DNA of 64,000 bases from a candidate division WWE3 bacterium UBA1401 (GTDB lineage Bacteria > Patescibacteriota > WWE3 > UBA101185 > UBA10185). The notes below the pieces were generated by a model. It worked only from the letters and a program-made list of their open reading frames with translations, searched no databases and was not told the DNA's origin. Both the position numbers and the translations under genes were made by a program. The DNA lies in the NCBI GenBank assembly GCA_002305115.1, contig DBQF01000001.1, positions 92,447-156,446 on the forward strand, read 5' to 3'. This document shows, piece after piece, positions 17,076-25,741 of this stretch (position 1 is the first letter of the stretch; each line of letters starts with the position of its first letter).

Positions 17076-17468
17076 GTGGATAAAACTATTTATGATGAGT
17101 TACTTATTTCCATACCCCACAGCACTAGCATTTTCCTCACGTTAGAGTCTTGAAAGAGCTCAAAACAAATATGCAGATTATGAATGTATCCTCGTTGATC
17201 CCATTTGCCCCTAAGTTGGGGTGGTGAGCGAACTCCATCAATACCCCATAGCATTGACAATTTCATCTTATTATCTTATAATTATTGTTGTTAAATAAAA
17301 GAAGGCCGAAGTTTATTGTAAGAGTTATCTACCTTGATTCTTAAGTACATTTTGGTCTTTTTTTGTTGATTTGGGTAGAAATCTGAGCCTGATGGGCTTA
17401 GTTTTGTACCCCAAATCTGGGTATAATGGTCTTTTTTAACGTAGTGAAAATGAAAGGAAGACAAAAAA

Positions 17469-17849
17469 ATGGCGAGTTATGAGGAACTCTTGGCTCAGGC
17501 CAAGAGTATGGGTGGTCGGATGAGTAGGTCTACCCTTATGAGGTGGCGTAGCACCACCGAATCTTTGCTAGGCCAGATGAGCAGCGACTTGTCTGGTGTA
17601 GAGCTACGTGATGGGGAACTGGTGCAGCAACTCCTTGCTGCAAAATTCAACGAAAGTGGCACCTTCGGCGCCGATACGATTACCGTTACCCAAGGCAAGC
17701 CGCCCGTTGGTGGTACGGTAGAGGTATTGGGTAATGCAGTTCTTGGAAAGTACCCAGAAGCTGCGTTCAATGTTCATGTAACTGCATGCATGGACACTCT
17801 CACGATCAGTTTCTTTCCAGTGCCTATCGAAGGAAATACCCGACGCTAG
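17469..17849 (+). CDS. hypothetical protein in the GC-rich islet
   Basis: 126 aa. A strong SD (AAAGGAAG) lies 9 nt upstream and TATAAT lies at 17422-17427. Local GC is about 56% against about 40% background. Confidence 0.5.
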   Translation: MASYEELLAQAKSMGGRMSRSTLMRWRSTTESLLGQMSSDLSGVELRDGELVQQLLAAKFNESGTFGADTITVTQGKPPVGGTVEVLGNAVLGKYPEAAFNVHVTACMDTLTISFFPVPIEGNTRR

Positions 17850-17898
17850 GGAAATTGGATTGTGCATCAAAAGTAGTACGCCAGTACAAGGAGGCATC

Positions 17899-18189
17899 GT
17901 GAAGGTTCTATTCTGTTTCAATGACAATGATGACGTTGCATTGGTTGATGGCCTGGTGGACGCCACGCTTTATCATGCTGGCGTTTCGAACCCTGAGGCC
18001 CGAAAAGAAGCTGTACGGATAAGCATCTCCCGTCTGTTGGTCATGCCTTCGGGCTCCTCTCGTCTTCTGGGCGTTGATACGGTTGCGCCAGAAAACTATA
18101 CAGCCATTCTTGGCCTACTCAAGGGGCCCACGGTTGTATATGCGGTTGAAAAAGGCGTGGCCATAAAGGTGCCCGTGGTTTGCGGCTGA
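17899..18189 (+). CDS. hypothetical protein in the GC-rich islet (start moved to GTG 17899, which is preceded by AAGGAGG)
   Basis: About 96 aa. It is co-directional with and 10 nt downstream of the previous gene and has the same elevated GC. Confidence 0.4.
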   Translation: MKVLFCFNDNDDVALVDGLVDATLYHAGVSNPEARKEAVRISISRLLVMPSGSSRLLGVDTVAPENYTAILGLLKGPTVVYAVEKGVAIKVPVVCG

Positions 18190-18424
18190 GATTTCTCGTC
18201 TGTTTTGCCCAAGCCTCCACTCAAGTGGCGAATTATTTAGCGAAAGCTAGGTGATTTTGTCCATGAAGGGTGGGGGTTTGATTTCTCTAAACACAAAAAT
18301 TTTTTTAATACTTCATCTAACTTTAAGAACAATGTTTTATCCTATAACTTAACATTTTCATTAATATAACTTATAATCTAAGTCAGAGTGTTCCCTTATC
18401 TGGTCTGTGCAAGAAAGGAGTGCC

Positions 18425-18766
18425 ATGTTTGCCAAAGTTTGGCAGGGTCTAAAGAAGGCCCTATGGTGGGTCTTCATGAAAAGATGGGAGGAAGATCTCG
18501 CCATTACGAGGAGGTTGGATAGTCTCAAAGGCTCTCTCCAAGATGAACAACAGTACAGCGCAGCGAAACAAATGGGAGAGGGTTGCGAAGGATGCTTTGC
18601 ATTTTTCGAAGCTATCGGTCTCCTGATAGCAATCGTTGTATCTGCGCTGAAGGGTAGTGTAGTTGCTTTGGGCGGTATATCTGCATTTTTGTTCATCGCA
18701 GAGGGCATGGCCTTTTTTCCGTTTATTCGCCTGACGATATATCGTTTTCGAAGGAATCGGAAATGA
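18425..18766 (+). CDS. hypothetical small membrane protein
   Basis: 113 aa with an AAAGGAG SD 6 nt upstream of the ATG and two clear TM helices. The overlapping minus-strand 151-aa ORF is judged a shadow ORF. Confidence 0.45.
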   Translation: MFAKVWQGLKKALWWVFMKRWEEDLAITRRLDSLKGSLQDEQQYSAAKQMGEGCEGCFAFFEAIGLLIAIVVSALKGSVVALGGISAFLFIAEGMAFFPFIRLTIYRFRRNRK

Positions 18767-19028
18767 GTCTGCGGGGTCTCCTGGTATGGATTGTCTTCCC
18801 AGATAACACCAGCCACGAGACCCTGTTTACGTTTTATTCACGAACATTTTCAAATACTCCCATCAAACTTCGTACATACACTTGAATGGGGAGCCATTAC
18901 TTCTTGCACAATATCTTCCAAGATACTTCAGTAAATATAAACTGCTTTTGACCTCATTTGCTAAAATAAGCTCATAAGTTTATTTGTCTGCTCGCAAAGA
19001 TCTGAGCAAAACATAAAGGAGTGATGAG

Positions 19029-19457
19029 ATGAAAAACTTCCACATGGTATTGCCCTTCACTGTAGCTGTTATTAAAGATGAGAAAGGCAGATACTTAGTA
19101 GGGCGGCACCCAAACCTGGAGCGTAAACCATATCCAGGAAAGTGGGACATGCCAGGAGGCAAGGCCGAAGAAACTGACGAAACCTTCGAAGCTGCTGTAG
19201 CGAGGGAGGTCAAAGAGGAAACGGGATTCGATGTAACCACAGCAAAGTTACTTGCTGTATTTCATCATTCAGGCAAGACTATTGCGCCCGATGCTTCCCC
19301 TGCCACTGTTCCTGGAATTGGTATTTGCTACATGGTAGAAGTGACTGGTGATCTAGTTCCTTCAGAACTTGAGGACATGCACTGGGTTAGTCTGGAAGAA
19401 CTCGACACACTAGAGCTTACTCCTTGGTGCAAGTATCTTCTGGAAAACTTTCTCTAA
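19029..19457 (+). CDS. NUDIX hydrolase
   Basis: 142 aa with the Nudix box GGKAEETDETFEAAVAREVKEETG (Gx5Ex7REUxEExGU) and an SD AAAGGAG. Confidence 0.8.
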   Translation: MKNFHMVLPFTVAVIKDEKGRYLVGRHPNLERKPYPGKWDMPGGKAEETDETFEAAVAREVKEETGFDVTTAKLLAVFHHSGKTIAPDASPATVPGIGICYMVEVTGDLVPSELEDMHWVSLEELDTLELTPWCKYLLENFL

Positions 19458-19658
19458 CCACTAAGGTTTAAGGCTAGCATTTGGCAACTAGTCTAGGGAT
19501 TTCTGTCTGTCCAAAGGGTTCTCCCTTGTTGCACCCGCGACATTGTGAGGGCCTTTTGTTTTTTTTACACAAGGGTGTTTTCAGGTGCTTTTACTAAACT
19601 TGTTCACATACCTGCCCGATGCTTTATCTTTGAACCTATTTTTCTGTATAATAACAAC

Positions 19659-19985
19659 ATGAATCCGTATCAATATCTTAACGCACTTTCAGCTGGGATA
19701 TCTCTGAATAAGCGCGAGTCAAGTGCAATTAATTATTTTAGAGAACAAGGTGCTACAAGTCCTGAGAAAGCTATTACAATAGATGATAAGGATGCAGAAA
19801 GGTTATGTTCTCCCCTAAATTTGTTTAAATTTGGATATATACTGCAAACTTTGGAAGGAAGGTATTATCTTGATGAAGACATGCTACAGCAATATTATTC
19901 AAGGGTGAGGAAGATTGGCCTTTTATTTGCAGGGTTAATGGGTTTCATTGTCTTAACTACTGTTTTTCTCATATTATCTGGGTAG
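19659..19985 (+). CDS. hypothetical protein with a C-terminal TM helix (start trimmed to ATG 19659)
   Basis: 108 aa. TATAAT lies 8 nt upstream of the ATG, so the mRNA may be leaderless. A C-terminal hydrophobic helix is present. Confidence 0.35.
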   Translation: MNPYQYLNALSAGISLNKRESSAINYFREQGATSPEKAITIDDKDAERLCSPLNLFKFGYILQTLEGRYYLDEDMLQQYYSRVRKIGLLFAGLMGFIVLTTVFLILSG

Positions 19986-20450
19986 ATGTAAAGATTCTTG
20001 TCTAGAGGTAAAGATTCGAAACACACCCCACTTACCGAGCCAGTTACTACTTACTCTAACTTTTCTCGACTTAAATAGTTTTATGAAGAGTGATGTATAG
20101 GTAACGTTCATTACTTTAGTGTCTCTTGGCTTCAAAGCCAGCGTCACAATGAACCTCATAGATATTGTTAGTAAGCTTCAGGGCTTCCTCTGTACATCTA
20201 TATCAAAGCCTCTTTCATTTTCTAGATCCTGAATTTGAAATGAAACTTTTGATATCTGCCTTTATAAAGTTTCTTTATCAATAGTTTTATCTAGGAGGTT
20301 GTTTTCTAAGATATTGCACTTATCATCAAGCTTTTTAATGGCTTTGGGCAGAACTGGTGGTTGGTGTTTTTACTTTTTATCAACTTAAATACAGTAAGAA
20401 TATGATTTTTTGACATAGATTCGAATGACAAGAAATAGTACTATTAAAAC

Positions 20451-21110
20451 ATGAACATTAATTCCACACACATATACTGGTTTATTGGGGGCTTAGTTCT
20501 TTCTTTTCTTGTTCCCGCCGTATTTGGAAACAATAAAAATATACCAATCGACTGGTATTATTTGATTTATTTTCTGGTAATTGGGGGCTTTTTGTTTGCC
20601 TATGTCAAAATCAACAACATAGAAATTATGAGATTTTTGAATAAAAATTTGGTGATTACCCTAGTGCTAACCTTATTGTTTTCATTCATTATGGTAAAAA
20701 ATGTTTTATCTATGCCAACGACAGCCCAATTAACAGGCAGTTATCTGACCTGGTCGGTTTTTTGGAGAGGTTTGATGTATGGAGTAGTTGACGGATTTTT
20801 ATTGTCCGTTTTTCCTTTTTTAGTAGTCTGGAATACCTTTGAACTTGCCGATAAATCTTTAATAGCTAAACTTCCATACGGACCAATTGCTTTTTTGTTT
20901 GTTATTATCGTTACCAGTCTCTATCATTTGGGCTACAATGATTTTCGCTCTAAAAAGGTGATTAAAGCCAATGTGGGCAATGTTTTGATTTCGACTCCGT
21001 TGGTGTTTACCTCCAACCCAATATCAGCACCAATTATCCATGCTTCGATGCATATTTCAGCAATATTACATAGTCCTCAAACGGAACTCTTTTTACCACC
21101 CCATCGATAA
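20451..21110 (+). CDS. hypothetical multi-pass membrane protein
   Basis: 219 aa with about 6 hydrophobic helices. Confidence 0.5.
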   Translation: MNINSTHIYWFIGGLVLSFLVPAVFGNNKNIPIDWYYLIYFLVIGGFLFAYVKINNIEIMRFLNKNLVITLVLTLLFSFIMVKNVLSMPTTAQLTGSYLTWSVFWRGLMYGVVDGFLLSVFPFLVVWNTFELADKSLIAKLPYGPIAFLFVIIVTSLYHLGYNDFRSKKVIKANVGNVLISTPLVFTSNPISAPIIHASMHISAILHSPQTELFLPPHR

Positions 21111-21290
21111 CACTGGTTTATCAGGAACAGCAGGAAGCAGATGGTTAAGAATTTGTTCCGATGTCATTCTGAACTCATTACCCTTTGCAAAAACTTTTAC
21201 CCATCCATTTTCATCTCTAAAGTATGTCTCCGTAAAGTTTTTAATGCCCAGAGAGCTACGAAGGATGTTTTGCGTTTTATAAACAAACAT
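21093..21290 (-). CDS. possible small protein (65 aa); doubtful
   Basis: ATG with a GGGAG SD 9 nt upstream, and a non-repetitive sequence (MFVYKTQNILRSSLGIKNFTETYFRDENGWVKVFAKGNEF...). It overlaps the convergent upstream gene by 18 nt. Its 5' end lies in a dispersed repeat that also occurs at 18827-18885. Confidence 0.2.
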   Translation of the reverse strand: MFVYKTQNILRSSLGIKNFTETYFRDENGWVKVFAKGNEFRMTSEQILNHLLPAVPDKPVLSMGW

Positions 21291-21453
21291 TCTCAAACAC
21301 TCCCATCAAACTGCTTACAGAACAAGATATAAAACCATATTTGATATATGTATTGAGTAGGTAAGAAACTGATAGAATTTAGCAAAGATAAGAGAACTTT
21401 TAAGAATAGAATCTTAAATTGAGTTACAATAAATAAAAGAAGGTGAAAAAAAT

Positions 21454-22083
21454 ATGAAGAAGCTAGAATCAATTTCAGCGTTAGCTTTTGCTTTATTAAT
21501 TGTGCCAACTGTAGTTTTGGCTCAGCAAGGCCAAGGTTTGCAACAGCAGAATAGGGTTCAAGACCCAACTACTCATGAAGATAGTGTAGTTGCTCCACAA
21601 GGCAACCAGGTACAAAACCAAGTTAAACCTCAAAATGCTGGTGAAGACAGCCGGGGTAGAAGTGATGCTGCTAGACAAAACATGAGTAATGTTGCTCAAA
21701 AAGTAGAGGAATTACTTAGTGATGAGGTAACTCAAGGCGGTATTGGCCAACAGGTAAAAACTATTGCCCAACAGCAAAAACAAGCTCAAGGTGAAATAAC
21801 AGGCCAGTTAAACAAACTTGAATTACGCCAAGGGTTGATAAAGAAACTGTTTGGCGCAGACCAGAAAGTAATTAAAAATCTCAAGCAACAGTTGGAGCAA
21901 AATCAACTCAGAATCCAACAGTTGCAAAGGTTACAAAATCAAGTCACCAACCAGGCAGAAGAAACTCAAATCCAAGAACTGGTTCAAGCTTTAGTTGAAC
22001 AGAACACTTCTTTAGAAGACCAGATTCAAGCAGAAGAACAGGTTGGCAGTGTTTTTGGCTGGTTACTCAGACTGTTTAACTAA
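21454..22083 (+). CDS. secreted Gln-rich coiled-coil protein
   Basis: 209 aa with a signal peptide (MKKLESISALAFALLIVPTVVLA), followed by Q/N-rich heptad-like sequence. The SD is AAGAAGGTG. Confidence 0.55.
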   Translation: MKKLESISALAFALLIVPTVVLAQQGQGLQQQNRVQDPTTHEDSVVAPQGNQVQNQVKPQNAGEDSRGRSDAARQNMSNVAQKVEELLSDEVTQGGIGQQVKTIAQQQKQAQGEITGQLNKLELRQGLIKKLFGADQKVIKNLKQQLEQNQLRIQQLQRLQNQVTNQAEETQIQELVQALVEQNTSLEDQIQAEEQVGSVFGWLLRLFN

Positions 22084-22216
22084 TAAATTACGAGATTGTT
22101 TCTATTTAAAATGACAACCTTTAGTTAAGGTTGAAGTGTTATCTATGAAAAACGCTAAACAAATAAAAAGGATTATACGGTAAGCATTACTTTCTCGGCA
22201 TTTAAGTTGTAAAACC

Positions 22217-23038
22217 ATGAAGATAATTAAAAAAGCATTTAAATATCTGTTTATCACTTTGATAGTTTTAGCAATTTCCTCTCCCCTCTGGATTAGCAGG
22301 TTATCACTGCAACATCTGTCATTTTTTGTTGGAAAATCACAAGTTGCTGATAAATATTTATGTCAATATTCAATTCAAGTTAGCGGTGACTCTATGGCAC
22401 CTGTCGTTGTCCAGGGTAGTTCAATAGAATTAGATCGATGTTTTGATGAAAGCGATTTGTCTGAGGGAATGGTGGTGCTTTTTGGCAAAGATGAAGAATA
22501 CCACTTGGGTATTATCCGTCACATTCTTCCGTTGGACCCGATTATATACAAGATCTCAAATGAAAGACCCAATGAGAGATTGCAGGATATAGTTAGAGAG
22601 GAGATAGTGGCTATAAGCAAAGATATTGATACAAGCAATTCCAGTTATCAGCCTAAAGAAAGTTTCGATTCGCTTATTCTAGACCCGAAAGAATATGTGT
22701 CCGATTTGTATTTGGGCAAAATCCCCAGAGGATATGGTGAAGAAATGGCAGAAGTGGAAAAAACTAGTATCTTTTTAAGGGCTGAAGACAAATTCTGTAT
22801 GGTGGTTATGCCTAAAAAAGAATTGGCATTTGTGGACACCGAGATTGTTGATGCTCAAACCAAGGAAACTGTCATATCAAACAAAAAGATTATCTTTAAT
22901 GTTCGTCCTAGCCCAAATACTAACTGTCAAGATTTTGGTGAAGGACAGGGAATGTTAGATTTATCTCCAGGCAGTTATCGTTACCGTTTTCTGCTTAATC
23001 ATCAGGCTTTGGCAGATATTCCGTTTACCGTTAAGTAA
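22217..23038 (+). CDS. S26/S24-family signal-peptidase-I-like protein with a C-terminal extension
   Basis: 273 aa with an N-terminal TM helix, the SGDSMAP motif (catalytic Ser box of SPase I / LexA-type peptidases) and a GMVVLF box, followed by about 140 extra residues. Confidence 0.5.
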   Translation: MKIIKKAFKYLFITLIVLAISSPLWISRLSLQHLSFFVGKSQVADKYLCQYSIQVSGDSMAPVVVQGSSIELDRCFDESDLSEGMVVLFGKDEEYHLGIIRHILPLDPIIYKISNERPNERLQDIVREEIVAISKDIDTSNSSYQPKESFDSLILDPKEYVSDLYLGKIPRGYGEEMAEVEKTSIFLRAEDKFCMVVMPKKELAFVDTEIVDAQTKETVISNKKIIFNVRPSPNTNCQDFGEGQGMLDLSPGSYRYRFLLNHQALADIPFTVK

Positions 23039-23051
23039 CTTCGTTCTCAAA

Positions 23052-24494
23052 CTAGTAAGTACTGATATTTCCTTCTTTCAAACTCAACAGCTTTGTGATT
23101 CCAACACTTTCCACAAAATACCTATCATGCGATACCAAAAGCAACGTGCCCTTGTATTCCGCTAAAGACTGTTCAATCACTTCCTTAGTCTCAATATCCA
23201 AGTGGTTGGTGGGTTCATCGAGCATTAATAAGTCATAATCATTGTAGGCAAAGATGGCAAAGGCAAACCTTGCTCTCTGGCCGGGGCTTAATTGGTCTAT
23301 TTTTTGACCCAACATATCTTTATCAAATAAAAACTTACTCAGGTAGCCGAAGGCCTTACCATAAGGGCATTTGGTTTCTATCATAAATTGGTCTAGCAGA
23401 TTTTTACTATAGTCCAGATGCGTTTGTTTTTGCGCAAAATAGCCCAGGCGAATATTTGTGCCTACTTTAACTATGCCCTCTGTTGGCTGTTCTTCGCCGG
23501 TGATTAATTTTACAATTGTTGTTTTTCCTGCACCATTAGGTCCAAACAACCATACTTTCTCGCCACCTCTGATATCAAAGGATAGATCGTTGAAAACAGG
23601 TTTTATGCCATACTGTTTTGTGACATTTTCAAAATTTATCATTAGCTTGCTGTGTGTTATGTCTGTATCGAAATTTACTTTGGAAATAATTTGTTCTTTG
23701 TATGCTTCTTTTTTGTTTTCTTCTACTTCTCGATTGATACGCTTTTTGGCGGCTTGTACTGCGCGGCCTCTAGCTTTTCCGTCTTTAATTTTGCGCACGT
23801 TTTCAAGTAATGTTTCAAGTTTGGCTTTTCTTTTTAGGAATAATCTGTAGTCTTGATCCCACTTGTCGATGAGTTTCAGTTTTTCTTGTTTATAGTTGTC
23901 ATAGTCTCCTACGAATCTGATAAGTGTAGCGTTTTCTATTTCCCAGATTTCATCTACGCAGTTATTCAAAAATTCCCTGTCGTGAGAAATCATGACTACG
24001 TTCATATCCAAATGTTTGATGTAGTTTTCAAACCATGCTATGCCTTCTATATCAAGGTGATTGGTAGGTTCGTCTATTAGAAAGGTAGTAGGCTCTTTTA
24101 GCAACAACTCTATCATTTTTAGTTTCATTTTTTGGCCTTCGCTAAGGGTGGTTATTGCTTGATAGGGGTCATAGTTTTCGAATTTCAGTTGGTTTAGCAG
24201 GGTGTCTATTTTGTAGGTTTCCCAGGAATTTTCCAGGCTTTTTTCCAGGAATTCGCCAGCCAGTTCGCTGTGAAAGGTGAGTTCTTGCGGCAAGTATGCG
24301 ATGGTTTCTTGTTCTTTTTGTATTGTGCCTTCATCCGGTTCGAGTTTTTCAGCAACTATGTTAAATAGTGTGGTTTTGCCGCAACCGTTTTTGCCCACTA
24401 CACCGATTTTTCGGTTGTTGCCGATTTTGAAGTCTATGTTTTGCAAGACAGGTTTTCCTGTGAAGCTTTTTGTTATGTTTGAACCGATTATCAC
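23052..24494 (-). CDS. ABC-F family ATPase (two tandem ABC domains, no TM domain)
   Basis: 480 aa. It has two Walker A motifs (GKNGCGKTT, GPNGAGKTT), two signature motifs (LSEGQKMKL, LSPGQRARF), two LLDEPTNHLD Walker B motifs, and an inter-domain K/E-rich linker. Confidence 0.85.
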   Translation of the reverse strand: MIIGSNITKSFTGKPVLQNIDFKIGNNRKIGVVGKNGCGKTTLFNIVAEKLEPDEGTIQKEQETIAYLPQELTFHSELAGEFLEKSLENSWETYKIDTLLNQLKFENYDPYQAITTLSEGQKMKLKMIELLLKEPTTFLIDEPTNHLDIEGIAWFENYIKHLDMNVVMISHDREFLNNCVDEIWEIENATLIRFVGDYDNYKQEKLKLIDKWDQDYRLFLKRKAKLETLLENVRKIKDGKARGRAVQAAKKRINREVEENKKEAYKEQIISKVNFDTDITHSKLMINFENVTKQYGIKPVFNDLSFDIRGGEKVWLFGPNGAGKTTIVKLITGEEQPTEGIVKVGTNIRLGYFAQKQTHLDYSKNLLDQFMIETKCPYGKAFGYLSKFLFDKDMLGQKIDQLSPGQRARFAFAIFAYNDYDLLMLDEPTNHLDIETKEVIEQSLAEYKGTLLLVSHDRYFVESVGITKLLSLKEGNISTY

Positions 24495-24634
24495 GGGCTT
24501 TATTGTAACACTGAGGTTTGATTTAACGTATACCTTATAGTTTGCAAACTTGATGTTTTCTTGTACAATCTGTTCAGCGACGTTTTTTCTGTTATATGGC
24601 AGAAGAATTTCTGCTGAAACTGTAGGAGAGACAT

Positions 24635-24826
24635 ATGTCTATTCATGTATTAGTCAGCCCAGTTTGTGAAGGCGTTCTCCCTTTTCCAGGAAATCCGAGC
24701 ACTGAACAGATGACTTCCCTGGAAGAGCAAATTGCGGTCTGCTTAGCAGAGACGTTATTTTCCTCAAGAGTTGGGGTTCATTTCTGCAGAGAGTTCTGGG
24801 GTTGCATTTCTGGGATTAGTCTTTGA
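24635..24826 (+). CDS. possible small protein (63 aa)
   Basis: Good SD (AGGAGAGA) directly upstream of the ATG. No recognised motif. Confidence 0.25.
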   Translation: MSIHVLVSPVCEGVLPFPGNPSTEQMTSLEEQIAVCLAETLFSSRVGVHFCREFWGCISGISL

Positions 24827-24893
24827 GGATTTTGCGGTGGAGCATGTTCGCATGTTTTCACTGCGCCCGTTGCTTTAGTGCTAAAATAGTTCC

Positions 24894-25298
24894 ATGTCTC
24901 CTGCTGTAAACAAATTCCTTCTTTTCTTTATGCTGGTCGCAGGTGGTGTTCTACTTGAAGTAATAGTTCACAAGCTTCACTGCTTCCTAACCAAGCAGCA
25001 CTATAAAGAAAACCATTTTACTTTTAGGAAATATATATTTCTGTTGCTATTTCCCTTTATAGCAACTTTTACCATTGCCTATCTAGAGGGTTGGGCGCCT
25101 CTGGTGGTATTTGTGGTGTTCAGTTTTATAGGTACTCTTTTGGAAGGTTTAGTAGGATTTTCCTATCATAAAGTTGTTGGTCAGCGGCTTTGGACGTATC
25201 ATAAGTATTCATTGACAGGTTATACCAGTTTGCTGTCTATTCCCCTATGGGGAATGGCTGGTGTTTTATTCTGGTTACTAGCTAGAATTTTCGTATAA
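24894..25298 (+). CDS. hypothetical membrane protein
   Basis: 134 aa with 3-4 hydrophobic helices. Confidence 0.45.
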   Translation: MSPAVNKFLLFFMLVAGGVLLEVIVHKLHCFLTKQHYKENHFTFRKYIFLLLFPFIATFTIAYLEGWAPLVVFVVFSFIGTLLEGLVGFSYHKVVGQRLWTYHKYSLTGYTSLLSIPLWGMAGVLFWLLARIFV

Positions 25299-25402
25299 AT
25301 ACCCTATATTTGGCACTTGATATAATATCCAAAACCCATCCTACTTGTCTTTACTAAATACCCCAGAAATTTATTGATAGTGCCTGAAGAAGGAGGGAAA
25401 TT

Positions 25403-25636
25403 TTGTCTGCGGTTGTAGCAATTGGTGTAGTCAGTTTCTTGCTGGGCTATATGTTAGGCAGCTTATCACACGCTGCTGTGCCTGGTAGAGACCCTGATGA
25501 TTTTGGACCTTATATAGGTATGGCAGTTGTTTCTGTACTACTTGGGTTTGTTGGGTTTACCATCGATTGGCGGCTATTTTTTATAGTTTGTCCTATCTCT
25601 ATAGTTGGTTTTGCAGTACGTTATCAGCTTGAGTAG
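25403..25636 (+). CDS. hypothetical small membrane protein
   Basis: 77 aa with two hydrophobic helices. Confidence 0.35.
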   Translation: MSAVVAIGVVSFLLGYMLGSLSHAAVPGRDPDDFGPYIGMAVVSVLLGFVGFTIDWRLFFIVCPISIVGFAVRYQLE

Positions 25637-25741
25637 TAGGGTTGTGAGGAGAGAACGTTGCACTACATTTGCACTTTTCCCATATCTCTCCTCCTTTTTT
25701 AAACCTAAGGTCCGACCCGGATTGAAGAGTCAATGGGAAAG

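Larger units (their letters stand above)
8935..17100. mobile_element. putative integrated element (prophage-like or integrative island) at tRNA-Asn; the right boundary is uncertain
   Basis: A serine recombinase abuts the tRNA 3' end. The element also carries a RepA-like ATPase with a primase zinc finger, an XRE repressor with a divergent operator region, and cargo genes. A direct-repeat-rich noncoding stretch at 17.08-17.46 kb is followed by a GC-rich islet. Confidence 0.4.

Noticed and set aside
18361-18816. 151-aa minus-strand ORF
   Set aside because: It is a shadow of the + strand membrane-protein gene (18425-18766), which has a strong AAAGGAG SD and clean TM helices. The minus-strand product is R/S/P-rich junk.
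19995-20045. tRNA-like fragment (AGATTCGAAAC ... GAGCCA) that could be an attR remnant of tRNA-Asn
   Set aside because: Only about 14 of 25 positions match the tRNA-Asn 3' end. Serine recombinases need only a 2-bp crossover, so no long direct repeat is expected, and the match is within chance.
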